A stretch of 64,000 nt of DNA. Source: Candidatus Cloacimonadales bacterium (GTDB taxonomy: Bacteria; Cloacimonadota; Cloacimonadia; Cloacimonadales; JAIOQZ01). Below, one piece after another: positions 1 through 10,064 of this stretch. The stretch's first letter is position 1. Each line of letters starts with the position of its first letter. The position numbers were made by a program, and so were the translations under genes. The notes beneath the pieces are model-generated. The model made no database searches. It worked only from the letters and a program-made list of their open reading frames with translations, and was not told where the DNA came from. The stretch covers positions 192,001 to 256,000 of the forward strand of contig OY762463.1 in the NCBI GenBank assembly GCA_963665815.1, in the 5' to 3' direction.

Positions 1-441
1 TGGGCATAGAGTTGTTACCGGAACTTCTACTCCTATTATAAGATTGTATTCTGTATTGTAACTGGCTTTGAAAGTACACTGGTATGACATCAGTGATTCT
101 ATTCCGCTTATCGGTGCAGTCTTCTTGATGAAATATGGGAATCTTATCTTTGTGAAAGCCGAATCAGCAAAAAGCCTATCTTTTACCTCGAGAAGGAACG
201 CTTCCAGATTGACTATGAAGTTCCCTGTATGATATCTGTTAAGAATTTCAATGAATCGACTCATATGAGTGCCGCGATGTTCATGGGGGAGATTCACGTA
301 TATATCAAGATTTGCTACAGTGTTTTGAACTGAGTTCTCCCTGTCTTCTACAACAATAGGATACTGAACGTTTTTCACTCCAACTCTATCAATTGCAATA
401 TTTCTATCGTCTTTCTGGCTCTGTATATCTTTATTTATCAT
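1..441 (-). CDS. folE2: GTP cyclohydrolase I type 2 (FolE2/MptA family); 3' part runs off the window
   Basis: Missing from the ORF track. Manual translation from ATG at 441: MINKDIQSQKDDRNIAIDRVGVKNVQYPI...HRGTHMSRFIE...GVEVPVTTLCP, open to base 1, with the FolE2 motifs GTHMSRF and VPVTTLCP. Confidence 0.93.
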   Translation of the reverse strand, partial: MINKDIQSQKDDRNIAIDRVGVKNVQYPIVVEDRENSVQNTVANLDIYVNLPHEHRGTHMSRFIEILNRYHTGNFIVNLEAFLLEVKDRLFADSAFTKIRFPYFIKKTAPISGIESLMSYQCTFKASYNTEYNLIIGVEVPVTTLCP

Positions 442-445
442 AATT

Positions 446-1441
446 TTACTCTAAATATTTTTTTAATCCGGCAGATCTTAATGATGTCGGTTCTCCATTT
501 TTCATGAAGTATATCATTGTTTCAACATTCGGAAGTTTATTTGATAAATCTACGGCATCCTGTGGGTCCATAACGAAGAAGGCTGTTGATAAAGCATCGG
601 CCTGCATTGCGTTTGGAGCAATAACTGTTACTGATATTGTATTCTCAGCCGGGAATCCGGTTTTTGGATTAAGAATATGATGATACCTTCTATTATCTTT
701 CATAAAGAAACGCTCATAATCTCCTGAGGTTACAATAGCTTCATTTTTCATATGCAGTTTTTCGATAATCTTGTCTTTATCTCTTGGGTGCTGAATTCCT
801 ATGTTTACTGCAGAATCTAATCCAAAGTATCTGATATCGCCACCTGCATTTATGTATCCGGTGTAATCTCCTTGTGATTCAATGAAATCAACAGCTTTGT
901 CTATGATGTATCCTTTTGCAAGACTTCCCAGGTTTAATTTAAGCCCTTCCGGCAGATTAATTTTGTTATCATCGATAGTAATTCTGTAAAAGCCGACATT
1001 CTTTTGTGCTTCTTCAATCTCCTTTGCCGATGGAATATCTGCTTTGTCAAAATGCCAGATATCTACCAGTGCTCCAACAGACACATCATAAAGTGAATCA
1101 GATTGAATATAGACTTTACCTGCTTCAATGAGAATACTTAGTAACTCTTCTGATAAATCAGTCTTTACGTGGTTGTTTATCGCTTGGACTTCACTATTCT
1201 CATTGTAATATGAAAGAGCATCATCAAGAACTCTTATAAGTGTAAATGTACTGTCCAGAACAGTTTCAATATTCTTGTTATTCCCGGATATGGAGATGTC
1301 AACAATTGTATCCATAAGGATTTTTGAATCTCTGGACTCATATTTTCTGTTTTTGAATCTGTAGGCTGAAATACCTATAACTATCAATAATACAATCAAA
1401 TAAATAATATCTTTCTTTTTCATTTTCACCTGTTTATACAT
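446..1441 (-). CDS. apbE: FAD:protein FMN transferase (ApbE family)
   Basis: Motifs LGSLAKGYIID, INAGGDI, VTSGDYERFF, YHHILNPKTG, ADALSTA; N-terminal TM segment. True start may be ATG at 1423 (MKKKDII). Confidence 0.93.
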   Translation of the reverse strand: MYKQVKMKKKDIIYLIVLLIVIGISAYRFKNRKYESRDSKILMDTIVDISISGNNKNIETVLDSTFTLIRVLDDALSYYNENSEVQAINNHVKTDLSEELLSILIEAGKVYIQSDSLYDVSVGALVDIWHFDKADIPSAKEIEEAQKNVGFYRITIDDNKINLPEGLKLNLGSLAKGYIIDKAVDFIESQGDYTGYINAGGDIRYFGLDSAVNIGIQHPRDKDKIIEKLHMKNEAIVTSGDYERFFMKDNRRYHHILNPKTGFPAENTISVTVIAPNAMQADALSTAFFVMDPQDAVDLSNKLPNVETMIYFMKNGEPTSLRSAGLKKYLE

Positions 1442-1663
1442 TATTTTTCATTATAACAGAAATATAATTGGCTCAAATTTGTCAAATAAAACCAGAATTT
1501 CAGAATATGTTTAATTTCTTTAAGTATGAAAATTTACTAAAATTACTCAAGAAGTATCAAATGATTTTCTTTATCCAAAATTTTCTTTACAATAATTAAT
1601 TGTTATTTATTGTAAAACTTATTTTTTGGAAGGGAAACTATCTTAGGTTTTCAAAGGAGAATT

Positions 1664-2422
1664 ATGAAAAAGCTGAATGGAATAATTATTTTTGTTTTTC
1701 TGTTATTATTATTTCTGACTGCACTTATGGCAGATACAAACAAGATTGAGGACATAAAGAAACAGATATATTGCTTCGACAGAAATCTTGGTGACAACTT
1801 CAGTTTTGATGTGGAATGTCCTGAACTCATTGATAACATTGAAGGTAACGTGGAAATGGCAAATGCAGTTTCCTACCAGGTTGATACAGGATTTGAAAAG
1901 GACAAGTGGGAAATAATCTATCAGAAAGACAAAGGTCTGAATGTGAACGAGCCTGAACTATTTCTGGAAATTGTGAATGAGAACATGCCGGAAAATGCAA
2001 GAAACCAGATCCATGGATATAATATGCAACTGGAAAATCAGACTAAAGCAACAACTCAGGCAATTGTAATGATTCTCAAAGAGTTTTTTGTGGAAGATGT
2101 TATGACTGATTCAACATCAGAATTTAGTTTTGATGGAGACATTGTAATAAGAACAAGGATGAATCAGCATAATCAGAATAAGTCTGTTATTACGATGAAA
2201 TACAAGAATCTCAAAGGATTGTACATAATGGACGAATATAAGTACTTCGAGCAGAATCCGAGATTTAACGTTGATCAGAAAGTGAAGATTCATTACTCTA
2301 CAGGTGATAGCAAGAAGATAATACCGGAAAAGTTTGTTGCATCCACGACATTGACTGCACCAGATAACCAACAGCAAAACAGTGTGATGACATATAAGAT
2401 TACAAACTTAAATATTAACTGA
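1664..2422 (+). CDS. Hypothetical secreted protein
   Basis: 252-aa ORF, RBS AAGGAG, Sec-type signal peptide (MKKLNGIIIFVFLLLLFLTALMA); no family recognised. Confidence 0.75.
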   Translation: MKKLNGIIIFVFLLLLFLTALMADTNKIEDIKKQIYCFDRNLGDNFSFDVECPELIDNIEGNVEMANAVSYQVDTGFEKDKWEIIYQKDKGLNVNEPELFLEIVNENMPENARNQIHGYNMQLENQTKATTQAIVMILKEFFVEDVMTDSTSEFSFDGDIVIRTRMNQHNQNKSVITMKYKNLKGLYIMDEYKYFEQNPRFNVDQKVKIHYSTGDSKKIIPEKFVASTTLTAPDNQQQNSVMTYKITNLNIN

Positions 2423-2554
2423 GAAAAATATAAATTGTCATATCGGATTCGGATATTGCCGTAATGATAGGGAATGATTAATCTCTATGTATTATAATTA
2501 TTTTGTTCGATAACAATAAAGGCTGTGATTTGCAGTCTCTCTGTTTACATAGAC

Positions 2555-2932
2555 CTATTGCCCCATTATCTTATCGATTTTTTCTTTTAGAATATCTGCT
2601 GTGAATGGTTTAACTACATAATTAGATACGCCTGATTTCATTGCTTTTATGATATCATCTCTTACTGCTCTGGTTGTTACCATAAGTATGGGGATATGTT
2701 TCCATTTCTCTGTAGCTTTAAGGTTCTGAACTAATTGAAGCCCCGTCATTTCCGGCATGTTCCAGTCAGAAATGATGAAATTTATCTCAGGATGAAGTTC
2801 TAACCTGGTTAATGCAATTGAACCGTTTTCTGCCTCAATAACATCACGATATCCAATTCGTTTCAGTGTATTTTTTATGATCTTCCTCATTGTTGTGGAA
2901 TCATCGACTATCAAAATTTTTAATTCTGTCAT
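2555..2932 (-). CDS. cheY: Single-domain CheY-like response regulator
   Basis: ILIVDDSTTMRKII, ISDWNMPEMTG (phospho-Asp), YVVKPFT; 125 aa; GAGGA RBS. Confidence 0.85.
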   Translation of the reverse strand: MTELKILIVDDSTTMRKIIKNTLKRIGYRDVIEAENGSIALTRLELHPEINFIISDWNMPEMTGLQLVQNLKATEKWKHIPILMVTTRAVRDDIIKAMKSGVSNYVVKPFTADILKEKIDKIMGQ

Positions 2933-3077
2933 TTACATCCTCATATAGAATATTCTATTAACTAAAATAAGTTCTACGAAAAGCCTTTTTTTGACAAGTT
3001 TTTTATTTATAAATCGTCTTATAAAAAGAGGGGAAGGGACAAAGACTTTTCTGTATTATAGAGGAAAACTAAAAAAA

Positions 3078-3134
3078 AGAACATTGTTCTTAAAAAGACT
3101 TGACAACTATATCTGTTTTAGAGAACGTTGTTCT
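3078..3134. promoter_or_regulatory. Two palindromic operators AGAAC-N3-GTTCT flanking a TTGACA -35 hexamer (tetR promoter)
   Basis: AGAACATTGTTCT 3078-3090, TTGACA 3100-3105, AGAACGTTGTTCT 3122-3134. Confidence 0.8.
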
Positions 3135-3159
3135 TGAATGATAACTAAAGGATAAAAAA

Positions 3160-3804
3160 ATGACACAGTTCAAGAAAGATTTTGTGATGAGCTCAATTAT
3201 TGAGGCAGCTGAAAAAGAATTTCAAGAGAAAGGTTTCAGTAAAGCATCAATGAGATCTATTGCTGCAAATGCAAATGTTACATTAAGCAATATCTATAAT
3301 TATTTCAAGAACAAAGATGATTTGTTCTTAGCTGTTCTGAAACCTGTTCTTGAAGTAGTGGAAGAAGGAAAATCTGTACTTGAAGAACACGAAAAGTGCC
3401 ATGAAAGAATTGATCTTAAAGGACACCACGAGTTTATACTGCCTTCAGTTGATTATGTTTTCAAATATAGAGATAAATTCAAACTTCTTGCAAACAAAGC
3501 CGCAGGATCTTCGCTGGCTAACTTTAAGAATGAACTTATTGATTGGTATGTTACAAAAATGAGCAGAGAAATCAGTATTGATAATAACCATCATGATTTC
3601 TCTGAATTTGGAATATCTGAAAAAATTATGAGAGCAAATGCAATGTCCTGGATCTATTGTATTGAGCATACTGTTAACTCGGATGAAACATTGGAGGAAG
3701 CAAGAAAGGATATTCTGGATATGATGACTTATACTCACGGTGGCTGGCACTGCCTGATAGAGTATAAACTGACTCAGTTAAATAAATGTAAGACTGCAGA
3801 TTAA
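3160..3804 (+). CDS. TetR/AcrR family transcriptional regulator
   Basis: N-terminal HTH IIEAAEKEFQEKGFSKASMRSIAANANVTLSNIYNYFKNKDDLF. Confidence 0.95.
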   Translation: MTQFKKDFVMSSIIEAAEKEFQEKGFSKASMRSIAANANVTLSNIYNYFKNKDDLFLAVLKPVLEVVEEGKSVLEEHEKCHERIDLKGHHEFILPSVDYVFKYRDKFKLLANKAAGSSLANFKNELIDWYVTKMSREISIDNNHHDFSEFGISEKIMRANAMSWIYCIEHTVNSDETLEEARKDILDMMTYTHGGWHCLIEYKLTQLNKCKTAD

Positions 3805-3820
3805 TGCAGTCATTTTTTTT
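3792..3820 (+). terminator. Intrinsic terminator overlapping the tetR stop codon
   Basis: GACTGCA-gattaa-TGCAGTC followed by A and 8 T. Confidence 0.7.
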
Positions 3821-3821
3821 A

Positions 3822-3844
3822 AGAACAAAAGAGAACGTTGTTCA
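3822..3844. promoter_or_regulatory. Operator copy 3 with an extra half-site 10 bp upstream
   Basis: AGAACaaaagAGAACGTTGTTCA. Confidence 0.75.
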
Positions 3845-3876
3845 TGAAAGGATTATAAAAAATACAGGAGAATAAA

Positions 3877-4656
3877 ATGAAGACACTTATTATGACAATT
3901 ATAGCAATCGCAATTGCACTGAGCATATTTGCTGTGGAAGACAAACAGATTACAGGAAGAGAAATCATGGTAATGGTCGATGAAAGAGAGGATGGATATT
4001 CCAGAAAGTCAGAAATCACCATGACACTTGTTAACAAGAGAAACCGTCAGAGAGTCAGGAAAATTTCAAATTTGACCCGGGAATACGGAGAAGACTCAAA
4101 ATCAATTATGATGTTCAACCATCCTGCAGATGTAAAAGGAACAGGTTTTCTTTCCTGGGAATATGATGTGAAGGATAAGGAAGATGCCCGATGGTTGTAT
4201 ATGCCTGCTTTGAAAAAGACAAGACGAATATCCGGTTCATCAGATAACGATTACTTTATGGGATCTGACTTTACTTATGATGACCTGGGAGACAGAAGTG
4301 TTGATGAAGATACTCATAAGTTACTTGGTGAGAAAGATTGCAATGATCACACATGCTGGGTTGTTGAATCCACACCTGAAGGTGAAGATGAAGCATATAC
4401 AAAGAGAATCAGCTATGTCAGCAAGGCTTTGAAAATGTTCATGAAGGTTGAGTATTACAATAAGCTTGGGCTTATGAAGACACTGCATTTTGAAAACATT
4501 GAGAAGATAGATGGAATCTGGACAGCTCAGAAACTAATTATGGATAACAGCTCAAACAAACACAAGACTGTAATCGAGTTTTCAGATATTAAGTATAATA
4601 TAGAAATAGAAGATGATATGTTTACTGTTTCAACAATCAGAAGAGGACGATTATGA
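3877..4656 (+). CDS. Outer membrane lipoprotein-sorting (LolA-like) protein
   Basis: Signal peptide; motifs PADVKGTGFL, WLYMPALKKTRRISGS, FMGSDFTYDDL typical of MMPL-associated LolA-like proteins. Confidence 0.88.
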   Translation: MKTLIMTIIAIAIALSIFAVEDKQITGREIMVMVDEREDGYSRKSEITMTLVNKRNRQRVRKISNLTREYGEDSKSIMMFNHPADVKGTGFLSWEYDVKDKEDARWLYMPALKKTRRISGSSDNDYFMGSDFTYDDLGDRSVDEDTHKLLGEKDCNDHTCWVVESTPEGEDEAYTKRISYVSKALKMFMKVEYYNKLGLMKTLHFENIEKIDGIWTAQKLIMDNSSNKHKTVIEFSDIKYNIEIEDDMFTVSTIRRGRL

Positions 4657-5834
4657 GAAAAGCAATCTTCGTTCTTACGTTTTTTACTGTGTTTGCAGTT
4701 ATGGCTGCAGAAACTGAGTTTTCAGGATTTGCAGATACATTTAACGCAGCCTCGTTCAAGCATGGAGATATGACAGCTTCAAGAACAAGATTCAGAGGGA
4801 AGTTGAATGTATACTACGGTGATACTTCAATGTTTGCATCTATTAATGCCGAGAATAATGGTCTAAGTGACGAATCTGTCATAAAGCTGCACGAAGCTTA
4901 TATGGAAATGCAGATCAGAGACTATAATCTGAGAGTAGGAAAACAACTTATAATCTGGGGTAATTCTGATGGCTTTAGATTAACTGACATGATTTGTCCG
5001 CTTGATATGACTGAATTTGTTACTCAGGATTTCGATGATACTAGAATACCGATCAGTGCTGTGAACATTAGTACGATGAAAGGTCCTGTTGAATTACAAA
5101 TCATTGGAATTCCAACATTCTCAGAATCTGAATTTCCGTTGCAGGATAGTCCATGGCATTATGTACCGAACAATATGAAGGGAATGAAGATCCAGGATGA
5201 CAAACCAGAGAATAAACTACAGGATTCAGAAGCAGCGTTTAAGGCAGCTTTCTATTTCTCCAGAATTGATTTTGCCGTATCAGGTCTATATGTATGGACT
5301 GATTCTCCCCTGCATAAGATTAATGGAGATAATCTGGTAGCTTGTTTCAGACGACAAAAAGTTATAGGTATAGAGTCAAGCTGTACAATTGGAAAGTATG
5401 TACTGAGAAGCGAAAACACTGTTCATTTCGAAGAATACATGGAAAAAGAAAACTATGCAGGATTCAAAAAGAAGCATTTCCTGAAAAGTTTGTCCGGACT
5501 TGACTGGTATCCTGGAGAAGACTGGAATCTTTCCGGGCAACTATACTCAGAGGTAATATTGGACTATGCAGTCGATCTGAATAAAGATGAGATAGAAACA
5601 ACAATTACTTTAAACGTAGAAAAAAAACTTATGAATCAGATGCTGGATATTTCAGCAATGACATACTATAACATAAATCAAAAAGATATGTATAATAAAT
5701 TTCTGATTACCTATGATTTCAATGATAACATTTCTGCTGAAATTGGCATTGATGTATTCAGTGGAGAAGAAGGAACATACAGTAACCAATCAGATAACTC
5801 TCAGATAAGAACAAAACTGAAATACAGTTTCTGA
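4653..5834 (+). CDS. Putative outer-membrane beta-barrel protein (DUF1302-like)
   Basis: Signal peptide, LHEAY..LRVGKQLIIWGNSDG motif, C-terminal ..KLKYSF beta-signal; ATGA overlap with the upstream gene. Confidence 0.75.
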   Translation: MRKAIFVLTFFTVFAVMAAETEFSGFADTFNAASFKHGDMTASRTRFRGKLNVYYGDTSMFASINAENNGLSDESVIKLHEAYMEMQIRDYNLRVGKQLIIWGNSDGFRLTDMICPLDMTEFVTQDFDDTRIPISAVNISTMKGPVELQIIGIPTFSESEFPLQDSPWHYVPNNMKGMKIQDDKPENKLQDSEAAFKAAFYFSRIDFAVSGLYVWTDSPLHKINGDNLVACFRRQKVIGIESSCTIGKYVLRSENTVHFEEYMEKENYAGFKKKHFLKSLSGLDWYPGEDWNLSGQLYSEVILDYAVDLNKDEIETTITLNVEKKLMNQMLDISAMTYYNINQKDMYNKFLITYDFNDNISAEIGIDVFSGEEGTYSNQSDNSQIRTKLKYSF

Positions 5835-5842
5835 TTTTTTTG

Positions 5843-5865
5843 AGAACAAACAAGAACAATGTTCT
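5843..5865. promoter_or_regulatory. Operator copy 4 with an extra half-site 10 bp upstream
   Basis: AGAACaaacaAGAACAATGTTCT just before the MMPL RBS. Confidence 0.75.
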
Positions 5866-5880
5866 TTTAAGGGGATTAAA

Positions 5881-8376
5881 ATGAATTTAAAAATGATAAA
5901 TGAAAAGTTTGGAAAGTTTGGACATCTGATTATCAGAATGAGATGGTTGAACCTGATAGTATTTGTTATTCTTCTTGCAGTATCATTTGCTGGGATGAAA
6001 AGAATCAAAACAGATGTGTCTGATGATAACTGGTTTCTTGAGAATGATCCGATGCTGCAGAAACAGGAAGAGTTCGAAGATATATTCGGGAACAATGATT
6101 TTGCTGCTGTATTGATAGAAGCTGATGATGTATTTAATCCGGAAGTTTTGAAGGGGATTAAGAAACTCAGCGATGAACTGGAAGCGAAAACTCCATTTGC
6201 TGATGAAGTGACGTCTTTAACGCATTTCGAATTCACAGAAGGAAGTGAGTATGGTATAGAAATCAAGGATTTGATACCGGAGCCAATTCCGGAAGATCTG
6301 GAAACATTGAATGAAATCAGAGAAAAGGCGTTATCAAGAAAGATACTCATAAACAGGTTCATTTCAGATGACAGTAGGCAGACATGGGTCGTACTGAAGC
6401 TGACAACATATCCGGAAGATTGGGAAACAAACGAGGAGTACAAAAGTTTTATAACAAGAATTGTTAAAGAGGATCCTGAATTGTATGAAGGAATAACTCC
6501 GGAAAAACTTGAAGCACCTGAAATTATCGTGGGAAAGATCTTTAATAAGATAACAAGGAAAGATAAGTATAAAAAACTGAATCCGGGTACAACCGGAATG
6601 CCGATAATGAATACGGAACGATCTGAGTATTTTGGAACAGAATCTCCAAGACTTATGAAACTGGCACTATTGATGACTATAATCATATTGGCATTATCGT
6701 TAAAATCCTTCAGGGGCGTGATATTCCCAATAATAAGTGCTGCAGCAGCAATGATAATGGTGTTTGGTTTTCAGGGATTTGCCGGGATCACTTTTGATCC
6801 TATCATGATACCGCTTCCTATATTTCTGGGTTTAGCAGTCTCAATTGGATATTCCATACACATAATAACATTCTTCAAAATGGCGTTGAGAGAAGGTAAG
6901 AATCGTAAAGAAGCTGCGATACATTCAATATCAGAAGCAGGTTGGCCTGTGTTGTTTACAGCATTGACAACGATTGGTGCATTGATGTCATTCCTGTTCA
7001 TTAATGTGCGAATTCTGAGGTGGGTTGGATTAACTTCAGCCGGGCTTGTTTTTGTAACGTACTTTCTGGTACTGATTCTTCTTCCATCACTTCTTAGTTT
7101 TGGAAAAGCCGGAAGCTTAAAAGTGAGAAAGCGAAAAGCAGAAAATACATTTGTTGAAGGTTTAATGCTGAAAATGAATGATTTTGTTATGGGAAATCAG
7201 AAAAAGATAATTGTCACATTTGCAGTGTTTTCTATTGTAAGCATAATTGGACTGAGCATGGTTGAAGTATCTTTTGATATTGAAAGAACAATGGGGCGTG
7301 GAGTTGGTTATGTTAACAGAATGCTGGATATTGGAGATTCTAAGGTTGGTTCGATTTATTCATACAATGTTATGGTTGAATTCCCTGAATATGGAGAGGC
7401 AAAAGATCCTGCCAATCTGCGTAAATTAGATGAGCTTGATAAGCTGATAAACAGCTTCAAACTGACTAAGAAAACCAGCTCAATTCTCAATATTGTTAAA
7501 GATTTGAATCTGGTGATTAATGACGGAAAAGATGAATTTCACAAAGTTCCGGATGTAAATGACATATCGGAGTACAGAAATACAGAGATGACAGGTGATA
7601 AGCTTAAGGAAACTGATAAAATGGTGTTAGCCCAGACAATGCTTTTATATGAGAATGCAGGAGGATCTGAAGCTGAAAAATGGATGGATTATGATGAACA
7701 GAGACTTAACATTCAGGTAGAGCTTTCCAGATATTCATCATCAATGGTGGTTAAGGACTTTGCCGCAATTGAGGATACTTGCAAAGATTTATTTCCCGGG
7801 GCAAGAGTTGTGTTTGCTGGGCAGGTTGCCAAGTATGCAGTAATGCAGAAAAAAGTTGCCTGGGGGCAGATTAAATCATTTGCTATTGCTTTGTGCATGA
7901 TTGCTGTTCTTCTTATGCTGGTGTTTGGATCAGTAAGAGTTGGACTTATAGGGATGATTCCGAATGTTACACCTGCGTTATCTGTTGGGGCAGTAATGGG
8001 ATTTCTCAATATTCCGCTGGATATGATAACTGTTACAATTATGCCAGTGCTGCTTGGACTTGCAGTAGATGACACTATTCACTTTATTAATCACTCACAA
8101 CTGGAGTTTTCTAACACAGGCAGTTACGCAACTAGCATAAAAAGTACCTTCAGAACAATTGGTACAGCGTTGTTTATGACTTCTTTAGTATTAGTGATGA
8201 ATTTTGGAGTTTACTTAACTTCTTCAACAAAGATGTATCTGAATCTGGGAATATTAACTTGTACCGGTATAGCTTCTGCCCTGATAGCTGATTTCCTGAT
8301 TACACCGGTATTATTGCAGAAAGCTCGAGTTTTTGGAAATGAAAGAACTGCCGCAAAAGTAAGAAAAGTATCTTAA
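5881..8376 (+). CDS. MMPL/RND family transporter
   Basis: Two TM bundles with large periplasmic loops; GLAVSIGYSIH and GLAVDDTIHF motifs. Confidence 0.93.
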   Translation: MNLKMINEKFGKFGHLIIRMRWLNLIVFVILLAVSFAGMKRIKTDVSDDNWFLENDPMLQKQEEFEDIFGNNDFAAVLIEADDVFNPEVLKGIKKLSDELEAKTPFADEVTSLTHFEFTEGSEYGIEIKDLIPEPIPEDLETLNEIREKALSRKILINRFISDDSRQTWVVLKLTTYPEDWETNEEYKSFITRIVKEDPELYEGITPEKLEAPEIIVGKIFNKITRKDKYKKLNPGTTGMPIMNTERSEYFGTESPRLMKLALLMTIIILALSLKSFRGVIFPIISAAAAMIMVFGFQGFAGITFDPIMIPLPIFLGLAVSIGYSIHIITFFKMALREGKNRKEAAIHSISEAGWPVLFTALTTIGALMSFLFINVRILRWVGLTSAGLVFVTYFLVLILLPSLLSFGKAGSLKVRKRKAENTFVEGLMLKMNDFVMGNQKKIIVTFAVFSIVSIIGLSMVEVSFDIERTMGRGVGYVNRMLDIGDSKVGSIYSYNVMVEFPEYGEAKDPANLRKLDELDKLINSFKLTKKTSSILNIVKDLNLVINDGKDEFHKVPDVNDISEYRNTEMTGDKLKETDKMVLAQTMLLYENAGGSEAEKWMDYDEQRLNIQVELSRYSSSMVVKDFAAIEDTCKDLFPGARVVFAGQVAKYAVMQKKVAWGQIKSFAIALCMIAVLLMLVFGSVRVGLIGMIPNVTPALSVGAVMGFLNIPLDMITVTIMPVLLGLAVDDTIHFINHSQLEFSNTGSYATSIKSTFRTIGTALFMTSLVLVMNFGVYLTSSTKMYLNLGILTCTGIASALIADFLITPVLLQKARVFGNERTAAKVRKVS

Positions 8377-8386
8377 GGAGATTACA

Positions 8387-8941
8387 ATGGAAAAAAATAA
8401 ATGTCATGTATGCCCATGGAGAATGGCTTACTTGTTTGATAATCCGGCGAGAAAGATGATCCATAATCCCAAGAAGATTTTTGGGAGATACATAAAGAAG
8501 AATTCCGTTAATGTAGATATTGGCTGCGGAATGGGGTACTTCTCTATAGGAATGGCAAAGCTTGCTGATAAAGACTCCAGAGTCTTTGCTGTTGATTTGC
8601 AGAATGAAATGCTTGATGTAATGAAGAAAAGAGCCGATAGAGCAGGATTACTTCAAAAAATTACACCTATAAAAGCAGAGTCAAATAACTTCAGAATTCC
8701 TGAAGAAGCTGATTTCATGTTGATGTTCTGGGTACTGCATGAAACACCTGACATGAAGCAATCTTTACAGCAAATGTATGACAGATTGAAACCTGATGGG
8801 AAACTGATGATTGTTGAGCCCGGAATGCATGTCTCAGATAAAATGGTGGAGGAAGAATTAGAATTAGCCGAACAGATTGGATTTAAGCTGGTGGAGAAAC
8901 CGAAAGTGAAGTTAAGCAAAGCACTAGTTTTGTCTAAGTGA
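8387..8941 (+). CDS. Class I SAM-dependent methyltransferase
   Basis: VDIGCGMGYFS motif I, AVDLQ motif II, FWVLHE, LKPDGKLMIVEP. Confidence 0.9.
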   Translation: MEKNKCHVCPWRMAYLFDNPARKMIHNPKKIFGRYIKKNSVNVDIGCGMGYFSIGMAKLADKDSRVFAVDLQNEMLDVMKKRADRAGLLQKITPIKAESNNFRIPEEADFMLMFWVLHETPDMKQSLQQMYDRLKPDGKLMIVEPGMHVSDKMVEEELELAEQIGFKLVEKPKVKLSKALVLSK

Positions 8942-8952
8942 AAGTAGATATT

Positions 8953-9107
8953 TAGACCTTCGTATGATTGGTGTAGTTGACTCGATGTTTTGATTCATCA
9001 AATTCTGACTCAAAATGAACTTCTCTGAAAAGTTTTTGATGAATACAAAAATCTCATCGATACTTTTTAACCAAAACTACTTGATTATGCTATTATGCAT
9101 AGCTCTC
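8953..9107 (-). mobile_element. MITE copy A (155 bp, both ends)
   Basis: On the - strand it starts GAGAGCTATGCATAATAG and ends ATCGAGTCAACTACACCAATCATACGAAGGTCTA; the last 34 nt match the copy E right end at 27/34 by hand alignment. Confidence 0.75.
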
Positions 9108-9125
9108 ATATTGTATAATAGATTG

Positions 9126-9153
9126 AGACTGCTGAACGATCAGCAGTCTTTTT
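9126..9153 (+). terminator. Intrinsic terminator
   Basis: AGACTGCTGA-acga-TCAGCAGTCT followed by a T-run. Confidence 0.8.
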
Positions 9154-9234
9154 CTTCACACAATCTTTGTCAGATAATTCACATTCCCTCTTGACTTTCA
9201 TACAATTAACCTCAATTTTTGAGATGGAGGAACG

Positions 9235-10017
9235 ATGGCAGTAAATGAAGTAAATATGTATGAATTCGGTTCGTATATTGCGGACATATATGATCAATCC
9301 GAAACATATGCTGATGATGTGGATTTGATCACAAAACTGATAGGTAACAGAAAAAGCCTGAAAATACTGGAACCTTTTTGCGGTACAGGCAGGATTGCGA
9401 TTCTTTTGAGTGATGCAGGACATCATGTTACCGGTTTTGACAACTCTCCGGCAATGCTGCGGCGAGCAAAAGAAAAATACGGAAATTCTGAAGATTTGAA
9501 GCTTGAACTAAAGAATGTCATTGATGATGAATGGGGTAGAGGTTATGATCTGGTTATTCTTGGTGCAAATTGTTTTTATGAACTTGCAGTACCGGAAGAA
9601 CAGGAACTATTAATCAGAAAAGCAACCCAAAGCTTGAAGTCAAACGGATATTTGTTTATAGACAGTAATTTCATGGAAGGGGCTCTGGAATCAGACTGGA
9701 AGACTATTGGACAAAAACGCAGATCTCTGTGTGGAATAGCAGAGGATGGATCCGAAGTTATCACCGAAATGGAGATCGAAAGTTTTGACGAAGAAAATAA
9801 AACAACAGTATTCAGAAGATTTATCACCGTTTACAAGCCGAATGGACAAGTCCTGAAAAAGCAGTTCAGACAGCAGAAGCATCCGGTAAGTAATTCTGAG
9901 CTGTGCAACTGGATTGAGAGGCATGGATTTAAAGTAATCGAGCATTTTGGTGACAGATTGGGAGCTCCTTTTACTGAAGAGTCAAATAGATCTATTTATT
10001 GGCTAAAAAAGCAATAA
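9235..10017 (+). CDS. Class I SAM-dependent methyltransferase
   Basis: ILEPFCGTGRI motif I, GFDNSPAML; GGAGG RBS. Confidence 0.9.
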   Translation: MAVNEVNMYEFGSYIADIYDQSETYADDVDLITKLIGNRKSLKILEPFCGTGRIAILLSDAGHHVTGFDNSPAMLRRAKEKYGNSEDLKLELKNVIDDEWGRGYDLVILGANCFYELAVPEEQELLIRKATQSLKSNGYLFIDSNFMEGALESDWKTIGQKRRSLCGIAEDGSEVITEMEIESFDEENKTTVFRRFITVYKPNGQVLKKQFRQQKHPVSNSELCNWIERHGFKVIEHFGDRLGAPFTEESNRSIYWLKKQ

Positions 10018-10046
10018 AAAAAAGCCTGCTGAATTTTCAGCAGGCT
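10016..10046 (-). terminator. Intrinsic terminator between convergent genes
   Basis: Inverted repeat AGCCTGCTGA...TCAGCAGGCT (10023-10046) preceded by an A-run, i.e. a U-tract on the - strand. Confidence 0.8.
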
Positions 10047-10064
10047 AACAAAATTGATATTGTA

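Noticed and set aside
3078-3134. LexA/SOS boxes
   Set aside because: Spacer is 3 nt rather than 4, and all copies lie within the TetR cassette.
5790-6686. 298-aa antisense ORF over the MMPL gene, and the other short ORFs nested in long genes
   Set aside because: They overlap well-supported genes and show no recognisable motifs.
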